Counted from the whole stretch's first letter, positions 1 through 10,602 are shown. The stretch: DNA of 63,412 bases, filler included, from Nemertoderma westbladi (GCA_032718475.1; 3 parts of 3 records of this genome joined end to end with filler, not necessarily neighbours in it), one strand, 5' to 3'. Notes: generated by a model not told the origin, from the sequence alone. Made by a program: numbers and translations.

Positions 1-521
1 TTTACAATCACGCACGCTACCGGTAACGCACAACACTGCTCACTGATATGCCGACAGTTACTGACTTTGATCAGGTATAAAGAGATATGCACTGGACTCA
101 GGTAGTGTCTGTCAAACAACATTAGATTCACTACAAACACAATAATAAAGTCTCAAAATCATAACAAAAAGTCCCGTGACTTTAGCTCTCTTATTTTCCA
201 AGAATCCCGTTCAACACATGTAATCAGCAGTGAGATAGGATAATTTCAGTTCAGTAGCTCGGGATTGGTCGAAATCAGAACTAACTCAACGCAGGGCTAT
301 GGGTAACTGGGGCAACCTTCCCAAGCCGGCTGGCCAATCGAACAGCTCAGATCCCTCCTAGAGGATTCCAACGCCTTGGAGGGGGGAACTGGTTAGCAAA
401 GAAAACAAATCAGTCATATCCCAGAAAAACCTTTACAGTAGGTTTCAGAGTATTTTAGCGTATGGGGGAAAAACTGGGTTGCGGGGCGAAGGGCCAGTTA
501 CATCCCACAGAAGCTTTTACA
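1..521 (-). mobile_element. LTR-like repeat (5' part), inserted into the 3' end of MRPS33
   Basis: Minus strand starts TGTAAAAGCTTCTGTGGGAT, matching the termini of copies at 48830(-) and 62052(+). Internal blocks (CCCGTTCAACACA...CAGTGAGATAGGA...TTTCAGTTCAGTA) match ~48530-48580. Confidence 0.65.
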
Positions 522-811
522 CCCTTTTCCGGTTTACCCTTCCCTTTCGCTTTCGCGATTTCAGCCATTTGTTCAGTAAAATCTAACTGATCGTCCCGAA
601 ATAGAGATAATTTTCTCAGTTTAGTTCGGAATAAATTCCACTCTTTGTACGGGGGGTACCAATCCGTGATGTTGCTAGTTTTCTGAACCGGTCTCTTTGC
701 AAACATTTCAATAATTCGATTTTGTTTATAAGATAACGGGCTTTTGGTGGGAATTACGAGTATTTGTCCGCGCAGTTTGGCCATGTATTGGGAATAAGCT
801 GTCTTCGCCAT
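455..811 (-). CDS. MRPS33: Mitochondrial ribosomal protein S33 (mS33); native sequence ends at 522 and the last ~21 aa are repeat-derived
   Basis: Motifs Y..MAKL...I, MFAKRP, DWYP, LRKLSLFRD...DF and KGKGKPEKG match the mS33 family. No intron in the CDS. Confidence 0.85.
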   Translation of the reverse strand: MAKTAYSQYMAKLRGQILVIPTKSPLSYKQNRIIEMFAKRPVQKTSNITDWYPPYKEWNLFRTKLRKLSLFRDDQLDFTEQMAEIAKAKGKGKPEKGVKASVGCNWPFAPQPSFSPIR

Positions 812-1604
812 TCTACTTCCTATTGTGTGCTTCCGACGGTTTAATTCATGCCATCTTCCATGTATTCCTTCTTGGTCTGCTTAGTAAAGACGTACAATCG
901 TATGCATATAAATGTTACCGGTACTGGTAACTGTAAATGTTCCTACTACTGCAGTACGGTATTAGTACGTTTGATCGACACTAGTCAAACAAGCCTAAAA
1001 TCAGATAAATAATGGTACCGGTACCGGTATAGCAGTATTGTGCACCACCTTGCGGATTGCATGGGTATTATTTATTAAGTTCTTTGAAGGGAATGTATTA
1101 TTTTAATCTATATTATATTACTTACTACGACTATTATTACTACTATTACTATTATTTACTAGCTTAATTATGTAATATTTTAGCTTAATCTATTAGTTTA
1201 ATTACGATTTACTATGCGCGTACGTAATCTTAATTACAGTCTACCGTACATACAGTACATATTTCCAATATTAAAATTGATATTTACCCCGACTGGGGGT
1301 GTATCTTATTGTAAAAAAAATATTACAAGCTAATAACGCTGTTGCGATACGGTTGTTTATTACAAGTCCCTAAAAGGTGCCACCCTGCTCCATAGCGCGG
1401 GAAATTCAAATGATTGAAAGACATGTAATTTGTACTGGAAAGGGTGGCAGATCAGACCTGCCACCTATATTTTGGCGGTAAATTCAAATCTGTTTTAACA
1501 TTGAATATATGAATAGAGTAAGACTAATGTAATTCGTTGAATCAGAATAAATTATTTATTATCGGTTTAACTCACTCATCCGTTATTGTTGTTGTTTTAT
1601 CTAT

Positions 1605-1911
1605 TCTGGGACTTCCAGCAGCACGTGAATAAATAAACCAGCACGTTAACTAGTCTGGGGCTTCGAGCAGCACGTGAAAAACTAAGCTACTGGTTAACTA
1701 GTCTGGGGATTCGAGCAGCACGTGAACAACTAAGCTGACTGGTTAACTAGTCTGGGGGTTCGAGCAGCACGTGAACAACTAAGCTGACTGGTTAACTAGT
1801 CTGGGGGTTCGAGCAGCACGTGAACAACTAAGCTGACTGGTTAACTAGTCTGGGGGTTCGAGCAGCACGTGAACAACTAAGCTGACTGGTTACCTAGACT
1901 GGGACTTCGAC
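1605..1911. repeat. 49-bp tandem repeat, about 6 copies
   Basis: Unit GGTTAACTAGTCTGGGGGTTCGAGCAGCACGTGAACAACTAAGCTGACT recurs at 1692, 1741, 1790 and 1839. Confidence 0.95.
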
Positions 1912-2361
1912 CGTTCGAGCAAAATTGAAAATTGAGGGGGGGGGGGGGGGATTTGGCTTAACTTCTATCCCAGTAAAATGTAAAGAACATTTATTATTTG
2001 CTTGTATCAGTTATAATTACATCAGAACATTATAATTATAACAATTATATAAACTTATACCTAGTATATTAATAGTAGATTTTAAGTAGATAGATGATAG
2101 ATAGGCGCTGTGAATTGATATATTTTTGGGGGTTAATTCTAATTACAGAATTATAATATATTCATTACCATTACAAACTGTACACAGTGTGCTGCAGTAT
2201 GTACGTGGGTACGTACTTAAAGGTCAAGGAGCTAGAGCTGTAGACTTCATAATGTAAACTTCAGGCCTACAGACATATTATCTTATTTAGGTCTAGTAAG
2301 AAATATTGCGTAGTGTAATTCATAAGAAATATATACAGCTGTACAGCAGAGAATTGATAGT

Positions 2362-3438
2362 AACAAGCTGGCAAGCCTGGAAGGTTCACGGTCCTCCTAC
2401 TTAATCAGTACAATAATAATACGTTTTCGTTCGGGTAGGCCTATGTTTCCTTTTCACTTGTTCCCATCGTACAGTCGTAGGCGACCTCATGCTCCTGTGC
2501 TCATCCCACCACGACCACGACCACCAGTTACGAGTTGGGTAGGCGTCTACCGGCAACCGGTAAGTAATTACGCGCCACACGACGTCATCCCGCCATCCGC
2601 CAACATTTATACCGGTACGGTAAGCCTACCACCTACCGGCTGGCTACCATCGCACCGTAGGTCTACCGCCTACGCCTACCGGTCAACCGGTAACGGTAGG
2701 CTACCGCGTACCGGTACAGCGGTACTCAAAGTCGTACCGGTATTGTCGTAATTGACAAATGCAGGATTAAACCGTAACCCGTTCCAGTACCGGTACCATA
2801 TGCATCTGAACGACTGGACGGTTAATCTCATAGCATAGCTGCATAGGCCTACTGGTAGTCAGTGCGAAGTCGCCTGCGAACATGGCGAAATATTATATTT
2901 ACTGCTAGGGCTAGGCTAGGACCTACTGCTGTACTGACCTATGACAGTATGAAGATAGGCAGATAGGCCTACAGTGGTCAGGTAGTACCGGTCCGGTATG
3001 CCTACTACAGGCAGACAATCAGACAGTACTAGCAGTGCTAATTAATTACCTTAATTAAATCTTCAATTAGGTCATAATGTAGGTCCAAATTTAAAAATCG
3101 GCCTCCGTTAATCGATTTACAAATAATTCAGGTACCTCCATGCCAAATATCAGAATCATTCATTGCGTTCCCTATGACAAGATAGCTTTTTCCTAAACCA
3201 TGCGAAAACACGCAAATATAGCGCTCACATCGCACAAATACCATCTCGACACCCAATTTTTTGTATGAGCCTTCGCCATCCCTATATCTAACTTTTGTCC
3301 AAATTTTGTTTCGATTGATTAATAAATAACTGAGATATCGCTCTGGACACACACACACACACACACACACACTAACACACACACACACACACATTACGGT
3401 AATAATGGTCACCTATGTCAAGGACCGTGAACCAAAAA
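2362..3438 (-). mobile_element. Helentron-associated (HINE/DINE-1-like) non-autonomous element
   Basis: On the minus strand: T-run, 13-bp subterminal IR GGTTCACGGTCCT (3421-3433), (TG)n microsatellite (3347-3392), inverted IR copy (2383-2395), a short hairpin (CAGGCT-TGCC-AGCTTG) and then TT. Confidence 0.55.
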
Positions 3439-3934
3439 TATATCGCAAGTAGGCCTACTGTAATAACAATAGGTGTATAATGCCTCTGCCAATACTGCTA
3501 TATTTGTCTATGACATATAATATGATAAAATATTATTATGAATGAACATTCTTACTCTTAGTAACTCGTGACAAAATACAATGCGCTACTAACTCAGAAA
3601 CTGTAATCCTAAATGCGGAACTTAAACCGAAACAGGGTAAAATGTGGACTTTGTAGTGACACATTTGGCAGTCAGTGCGATATAATTTCTCATGTACAAG
3701 CAAATCACGGTATTGCATGTTCAGTACAAACGGTAATTCGGTTATTCAACAATTAACAAACGGTTATTCAACGTCCATTTTTAGTTATTAGCATGACGGT
3801 AATACAAATTACGCAAGGTGAACCTATACTACATTCACAATTTTCTATTCATTTACTAAATATAACGAAAATTGAACGTTCATTTAATCCATGGTACGTT
3901 CAGTTAACTATATTTGCTACCTGGGTTACTCTAT

Positions 3935-4067
3935 TCATATATTTTCAATGTTAAAACAGATTTCATATATTCAATGTTAAAACAGATTTCATATATTCAA
4001 TGTTAAAACAGATTTCATATATTCAATGTTAAAACAGATTTCATATATTCAATGTTAAAACAGATTT
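3935..4067. repeat. 26-bp tandem repeat, about 5 copies, expanding the inner edge of the right MULE TIR
   Basis: Unit TCATATATTCAATGTTAAAACAGATT; single copy in the left TIR (~1487-1512). Confidence 0.9.
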
Positions 4068-4817
4068 GAATTTACCGCCAAAATATAGGTGGCAGATCTG
4101 ACCTGCCACCCTTTCCAGTACAAATTGCATGTCTTTCAATCATTTGAATTTCCCGCGCTATGGAGCAGGGTGGCACCTTTTAGGGACTTGTTTGTTTATT
4201 TCATGTTGGATTTAAAAGTCTCCACCGAAATTCTACCAGGTGGCCAGCAATAAGTTGCGGTGTTGTGCATTTCTTATTGCGGATGACTAACGTCTTTAAG
4301 TGGCCCCCACATCGACTCTATATGTTGAGTGTGGGTGCCAGTCGCACTCACCCGCTCTACCGAATGGTTGACGGTTTCGTGTATGTAGGTCCCTGTTCCA
4401 TTGGTAGCAGACCAAAAAGGGTTAGTGGCGTTTGTTATGTCAACATTCACACCGCAATACGCAGGCCATTCGTCGGACTGTATCTTGGTTCCACCGGCGA
4501 CATGTTTCTCCAAAATAGGGCAGAGGGTGTCTGCCTCTGCATCACGATGCAAATTTTGATGTAGAGTTCGGGGGAGAAGCTCCACGCTTTGTGCAAACTC
4601 AATAGCGCGCTCCTCAGTCTCGATATGTTTCCCAATCTCAATGAAATTTAATTCAGCCATGACAGTACACGAGTACAGTATACTAACAGTAGGCCAGTAA
4701 GTAACAGTACAGCAGTAGGCCTAACAATACTGCTATACCGGTACCGGTATAGCAGTATTGTTAGGCCTACTGCTGTACTGTTACTTACTGGCCTACTGTT
4801 TGTATACTGTACTCATC

Positions 4818-5843
4818 ATGACTATGGCTGAATTAAATTTCATTGAGATTGGGAAACTTATCGAGACTGAGGAGCGCGCTATTGAGTTTGCTCAAAGCGT
4901 GGAGCTTCTCCCCCGAACTCTACAATCAAATGGGCAACCAACCCTACGTCTTTGTCCTTTTCCGGGTTGTACTGCGCAAGCTAAAATTACGCTGGTGAAG
5001 GACAGGGGATTCATGCGGCTTGTTTGGCGTTGCTCCGGTGCTAATAAGCACAAGCGAACTGCACGTTCTGGAACGTGGTTTGAGAAGAGTCGATTCGAGG
5101 TTCGGCAGATTCTGGCCATCACGTATTCGTTTGCTCTCGAAGTTCGAATGCGTACTGCACATCCTGACATCTGTTGCTAGGCGACATTGTTGGGGTGCAA
5201 GGCAATGGATCCCTTGTCGACTGGTACAATTTTATTAGAGAATTAATGTACCGCGATCAAGAGGAGTCAGAGCCAATGGGTGGACCAGGACATATTGTCC
5301 AAATCGATGAGACGCTATTACGGAGAAAACGCAAGAGGAGCACCAACAACCGTGGTCGTTTGCTTGGTGGAGACCACTTTCCGTCATCCCGATTTAATTA
5401 TGGGACGACAGTGGATGGGCCGTGGGTGTTTGGACTGGTATGGAAACGTCCAGATAATAAAGGATGCAGACACCCTCCGTCCTATTTTGGAGAAACATGT
5501 CGCCGGTGGAACCAAGATACAGTCCGATGGATGGTCTGCGTATTGCGGTGTGAATGTTGGCATAACAAACGCCACAAACACGTGGTCTGCTACCAATGGA
5601 ACAGGGACCTACATACACGAAACCGTCAACCATTCGGTAGAGTGGGTGAGTGAGACTGGCACCCACACTCAACGTATAGAGTCGATGTGGGGCCACTTAA
5701 AGACGTCAGTCATCCGCAATAAGAAATGCACAACACCGCAACTTATTGCTGGCCACCTGGCAGAATTTCGGTGGAGACTTTTAAATCGCGACCGACCTTT
5801 CTCAAATCTCCTTGCTCTTTTCAAACATTACTACCCTTGCTGA
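4818..5843 (+). pseudogene. Merlin/ISXO2-type DDE transposase, split over three reading frames
   Basis: N-terminal zinc ribbon (CPFPGC...WRC...H), GGPGHIVQIDET, WVFG, TL.PI..HV..GT.I.SDGW.AY and HETVNHS...GTHTQRIESMW. Frame breaks near 5170 and 5460; the second includes a deletion. Confidence 0.85.
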
Positions 5844-5872
5844 ATGTCTATACTGTACCTTATACCTTAACC

Positions 5873-5947
5873 AACCCAAACGGCCCTTTTCAGGGCCAAC
5901 TACTGTACGACCTGACTTCAACCCAAACGGCCCTTTTCAGGGCCAAC
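5873..5947 (+). promoter_or_regulatory. Two tandem histone-mRNA-type 3' stem-loops
   Basis: AACCCAAAC-GGCCCT-TTTC-AGGGCC-AAC with stems at 5882-5897 and 5929-5944 (6-bp stem, 4-nt loop, A/C-rich flanks). The first lies 38 nt after the TGA at 5841-5843. Confidence 0.75.
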
Positions 5948-6403
5948 ATATGAAATAAACAACCGTATCGCAACAGCGTTATTAGCTTGTAATATTTTTT
6001 TACAATAAGATACACCCCAGTCGGGGTAAATATCAATTTTAATATTGGAAATATGCACTGTATGTACGGTAGACTGTAATTAAGATTACGTACGCGCATA
6101 GTAAATCGTAATTAAACTAATAGATTAAGCTAAAATATTACATAATTAAGCTAGTAAATAATAGTAATAGTAGTAATAATAGTAGTAGTAAGTAATATAA
6201 TATAGATTAAAATAATACATTCCCTTCAAAGAACTTAATAAATAATACCCATGCAATCCGCAAGGTGGTGCACAATACTGCTATACCGGTACCGGTACCA
6301 TTATTTATCTGATTTTAGGCTTGTTTGGCTAGTGTCGTTCAAACGTACTACAGTACTAATACATAATACCCCTGGGACTGTGGGTCGTGGGTGGATGTAC
6401 CGG

Positions 6404-7435
6404 TGTAACAGCGGATTCTGTCCCCCCACGGATACGGTCCGGGGGGACCGAATCCGCTAGCGGATTGAGTCCGGGGGGCCGAATCCGCTAGCGGATTCTG
6501 TCCCCCCTCCGCAGATCACAGATTGAGTCCCCCTTAAATTATAATTTTACAGTACAGGCAGTACTGGTACTGACATAGCAGCGTAGCTTATGCATTAAAT
6601 TATAGACTGATTAAAACTGCAGTAGCTACCACTACTGCGTTAAATTAAATTCCCACATCTGTATATACTGATATAGTCGCATCAGTCAGTCAGTACAGTA
6701 GGCTATTACATATTATGGCCAACTTCGATGAGACGCAGCTTTATCAAGCCGTCTATAATTATATTTCGGGAGATGACACATATCCAGTCAATTCAACAAA
6801 GTTGCAGAAGAGAACTATACTCAGGAAAGCGGCTAATTTCAACATTATAGATTCATTATGGATGAGGGATGATTACATGAGGAGGAAGATATTGTACTGT
6901 CCCTATTACAGTAATAATCATACTGTAGTTCGAGTTGTCAGGTGTCTTTGGTTGGATTTGTCATTGGTCAGTTGGTGTCATTTCGTTTATAATTAATAAT
7001 TAAATGAATTAATTACCTAGGCCTAATATAAATGGTTTTACAGATAGTATTTTCTGGGGGGGGGGGGGGGGGTATATTCAGTTCAACTGTTACACCTAAA
7101 CCCAACTGAGTAACAGTTATTCATCGAAATTGGAGAGGAGCAGGTTACACACAATGTTTTCTAACCAGAACAATAAACGATACATACTGAATAACCGGTC
7201 TGCCAGTATTGTATCCATTGACAATAAGGAAGGGAACGGATCAGTCTGGCAGTGTATTTTGAATTTATTGCAATAACATTGGGGGGAAAAATCCGCGAAC
7301 GAGGACCCAATCCGCTAGCAGATTTGGTCCTAGGGAGACCAAATCTGCTAGCGGATTGGGTCCGGGGGGACTAAATCCGCTAGCTGATCTGGTCCGGGGG
7401 GACCGATCCTTCGGGGGACTGAATCCGCTGTTACA
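6404..7435 (+). mobile_element. Non-autonomous Ginger (Ginger1-like) DNA transposon
   Basis: TIRs TGTAACAGCGGATTC(T/A)GTCCCCC; CCGG TSD at 6400-6403 and 7436-7439; subterminal AATCCGCTAGCGGATT repeats. ORF 6715-6996 begins like a Ginger/GIN integrase N-terminus (YNYI...YP...KRTILRKAANF). Confidence 0.8.
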
Positions 7436-7871
7436 CCGGCAGTGGGACGTGGGTGGATGTACCGGCAGTGGGATCTGGGACGTGGGTGGATGTACAGGCA
7501 GTGGGACCTGGGACTGTGGGACGTGGGTGGATGTACCGGCAGTGGGACCTGGGACTGGGACGTGGGTGGATGTACCGGCAGTGGGATCTGGGACGTGCGT
7601 GGATGTACCGGCAGTGGGACCTGGGACGTGGGTGGATGTACCGGCAGTGGGACCTGGGACTGTGGGTCGTGGCGTGGATGTACCTGGTACCGGCAGTGGG
7701 ACCTGGGACTGGGACGTGGGTGGATGTACCGGCAGTGGGACGTGGGTGGATGTACCGGCAGTGGGACCTGGGACTGTGGGACGTGGGTGGATGTACCGGC
7801 AGTGGGATCTGGGACGTGGGTGGATGTACCGGCAGTGGGACCTGGGACGTGGGTGGATGTACCGGCAGTGG
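7436..7871. repeat. G-rich minisatellite with variable ~26-41 bp units; its first unit lies at 6371-6403, on the far side of the Ginger insertion
   Basis: Core GGGACGTGGGTGGATGTACCGGCAGT with optional GGGACCT/GGGACTGT modules. Confidence 0.9.
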
Positions 7872-7972
7872 CATAGGGCTATATCAGTCAGTCAGTACAG
7901 CAGTATCGGTAGGCCTATTATTTATTTCTACATCGTTTTACAGTTTCATCTCATTTTAATTTGTGATATGCG

Positions 7973-8857
7973 ATGACATATAAGATGATGTCTGTAAACT
8001 CATGTCCGGGACTCTATTGTGGCCGAATTGACAACAGCAGTTCTGGTGAATGCGGCAGCTGTCCATGGGGATCCCGTCCCGGCGGTGAGCACTCCATCTG
8101 CACCGCGTGCGTCTCCAGCTTCGCACTCTACGACTGGTTATACCTCGGCTTTATGGTGCTAATTACCGTCTCCTCCAACACAATATTTATAAACATTTAC
8201 TCGCAAAAACGCCGATTATTCGTCCACATGGCTTCGCTTCTAGAAGCGACTACCGCTGCTCTTCTATCCCTGATCATTATGCCTTCTTCCGGGTCGCTGA
8301 ACGTTAACTCATGCGGGGTCGCTTATCTAAGCGATTGGTACACTGTGTTCTACAACCCGTCCCCCGACTACCGAACTACCGTGCACTGCGCCCAGGAGGC
8401 TGTTTATCCTCTTTACACTTTGGTGATCCTATTCTATACTCTTTGCCTTGTTAGCCTCCTTGTAGTCCGTCCGGCACTCTCCCATTGTTTTTCTCTAGAC
8501 GTCATCCCAACCTACGCCACCCTTTACTTCCTACCATTCATGGTTTTCGTACATTCTGTACTCGCCGGGATTATCTACTATATATTCCCGTATATCCTCA
8601 TCGTAGCCTCGGTTTTCTCGTCGGCTATCTACATGGCCACTAATAGAATCTCTAGTTTGCGGGACTTCCTTTCGCCCCGACACATCCTCGTGCTGGCTGC
8701 CCATTGGTTGCTCCATGGTTACGGACTGGTTTCTCTCACAGAGTTCGATCAGCCCATCTTCCATGGCTCTCTACTCGCTCTCATTCCCACTCCGGCGGTA
8801 TTCTATCTCGCAACCAGTAAATTTTCCAACCCGGACCGCAGAGAAGATATTTACTAA
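7973..8857 (+). CDS. JKAMP: JNK1/MAPK8-associated membrane protein (JAMP); intronless CDS
   Basis: CPGLYCGR...CGSCPWG.R, LYDWLYLGFM, LSDWYTVFYNPSPDY.TTVHC.QEAVYPLYT, HWLLHGYG and C-terminal P..FYL.T.KF..P. Multi-pass hydrophobic protein. The true start may be one of the next Met codons. Confidence 0.93.
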   Translation: MTYKMMSVNSCPGLYCGRIDNSSSGECGSCPWGSRPGGEHSICTACVSSFALYDWLYLGFMVLITVSSNTIFINIYSQKRRLFVHMASLLEATTAALLSLIIMPSSGSLNVNSCGVAYLSDWYTVFYNPSPDYRTTVHCAQEAVYPLYTLVILFYTLCLVSLLVVRPALSHCFSLDVIPTYATLYFLPFMVFVHSVLAGIIYYIFPYILIVASVFSSAIYMATNRISSLRDFLSPRHILVLAAHWLLHGYGLVSLTEFDQPIFHGSLLALIPTPAVFYLATSKFSNPDRREDIY

Positions 8858-9725
8858 CAACCGTCGATCTGTTGTTAATTAATTATTAATTAAGCCAATT
8901 TTTATAAATTATTCATGATTTAATTATACAGAATTGCTATTATTGTTTCAATTGTTTCGTACTTTGGCAAAAAAGCCGTTGGGCCAGAAGTTACAGCCAA
9001 GTTCCGTTGGTGAGTTGCGTTGGGCTTTATTACACATGTGTTTTCCAAAATTTTTTGAATGCTAGAAATGATTTTATAATAGCAACAGCAACAATGCAAC
9101 AGCATTGAACAATTTTTTCAGATCTTGACTGAAAAATAGTTAAATTTTGTCATTGTTTGGATATTTCTGAAACAATACTGGTTTCCAAGGTCACTGATCG
9201 CGATACAACTAGAGACTTCGTCACTTTGTGGTAACGCAACTATCGTTTTTGGTGCTTGTTTGGTGGGACGAAAAATACAATAAGACCATAAAATCAGGTT
9301 GATATGCTAATGATTTATGTTTATCAAATATGTGCGACTTGTATTTTTAGTGCCATTTGGGATATTGAACCGGATACGTTATTTTTGAGTGTCATATTTG
9401 TGATCAGCATCCCAGAAAATCCCCAATGTCATAAAATTAGTTTAAATTGGTGGTGATTTTTCATTATGATATTTTCGTACTTTCGGATATTTTAGATGAA
9501 CCCACATTTCATAATTTTAAGATCAAATAGGCAACTAAATTTAAAAAACATGGCACTTTTCTATGGAGAATTACCAGTTGAAATTTTGTTTTTGATATTA
9601 ATTTTAACATTTGGAGGAATCCAGACTGTCTGTCTGTCTGTCTATATGCCGGTCTTTCTCTGTGTCTGTTGGTATATAAAGTATATATTGATTATAAATA
9701 TGTTCTATAATGTTATTGTTATTAG

Positions 9726-10073
9726 GAAGTTACTGGAGAATTATTTGATGTCGATGAAGTTATGTTAGAGAAGTTGGATGAGCTTGAAGCAAATACGGTT
9801 CTTTATAGTCGGAGAAATATAGAGGTTGTTTGTACTGAAACAGATGTTAGTGGTACCAAAAGTTCCACAACGACCACCCAGGGTCCAAGTTCAACTACAA
9901 CTGCTCAGTGTTATCTGTTGCCGGACTTTAACTGTAATCTTCTCTCACTACCATTTATCGATTCATATTCCCAACAACTCTCTCTCAATTACTGTACCAA
10001 AATCGATCGTGTTGACATATCTGTTGATGCAAATGACCTTATAATGAGAGCTGTGAAACGGACTGACAAATAA
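9726..10073 (+). CDS. GGACT: Last exon of a gamma-glutamylamine cyclotransferase (GGACT/AIG2-like) gene; first exon not found in the window
   Basis: After the acceptor TGTTATTAG|, the exon reads EVTGELFDVDEVMLEKLDELE...YSRRNIEV...CYLL.DF...LLSLPFIDSY. This is the C-terminal half of the GGACT fold, including the LD..E motif. Confidence 0.7.
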   Translation, partial: EVTGELFDVDEVMLEKLDELEANTVLYSRRNIEVVCTETDVSGTKSSTTTTQGPSSTTTAQCYLLPDFNCNLLSLPFIDSYSQQLSLNYCTKIDRVDISVDANDLIMRAVKRTDK

Positions 10074-10602
10074 ATATTATATAGACAGCGGGACGCATTG
10101 GATCTGTGTATTAAAATAAAAGTAAATATGAGTCATATAATCCGTATAATATATCCATATATCCATATAATCCCATTAGATTGGGATTTTTTCATCTTAG
10201 TTCTTCGCAACGATCCTTGAGTTATCGAGGTCACGTTGTTTAGAACTCCGTACCACTCGCCGTTCGTTTAAAAAAATACATTATTCTCATCTGCACTTAG
10301 GCCCTTCATTTCGAATTTATCATCATCCTTTCAGCACGGTCTAAAATTTTTCCTCGTTTTCTTTCTATTCATACAATGGCTATTTATTGTATTTATTTTA
10401 TTTTATTTGTATTGTATTGTTTATTGTATTTATTTTTTTCGATCTCTTCAACATGTTTTTATGTATTTTATCATCCTTTATTATTGAACCCCAGGTAGCT
10501 CTGCTATCGGTAAGGGTGGGGGCTTTACGTTGCTTTTTGACTTCTTGTTTATTTATCTTTTAAATATCCAAGTAGGAGAATATCTCCTAGGTATGAATGA
10601 AA

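Larger units (their letters stand above)
1362..4191. mobile_element. Non-autonomous Mutator(MULE)-like DNA transposon
   Basis: TIRs of ~160 bp starting ACAAGTCCCTAAAAGGTGCCACC. Perfect 9-bp TSD TTGTTTATT at 1353-1361 and 4192-4200. No transposase ORF inside. Confidence 0.8.
1023..4742 (-). mobile_element. Inverted, internally deleted copy of the Merlin element, interrupted by the 1362-4191 insertion
   Basis: 1023-1361 and 4201-4742 are reverse complements of parts of 4743-6290. ORF 4274-4660(-) fuses the transposase N-terminus (MAELNFIEIG) to the DTL...SDEW..Y...HTQHIES region. TIR motif ACCGGTATAGCAGTATTGT at both ends. Confidence 0.85.
4743..6290 (+). mobile_element. Merlin (IS1016/IS1595-ISXO2-like) DNA transposon
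   Basis: 19-bp TIRs ACCGGTATAGCAGTATTGT at 4743-4761 and 6272-6290 enclose a DDE transposase relic. Confidence 0.85.

Noticed and set aside
7356-7976. Overlapping repetitive ORFs (WDVGGCTGSG etc.)
   Set aside because: They are by-products of the G-rich minisatellite and the Ginger TIR.
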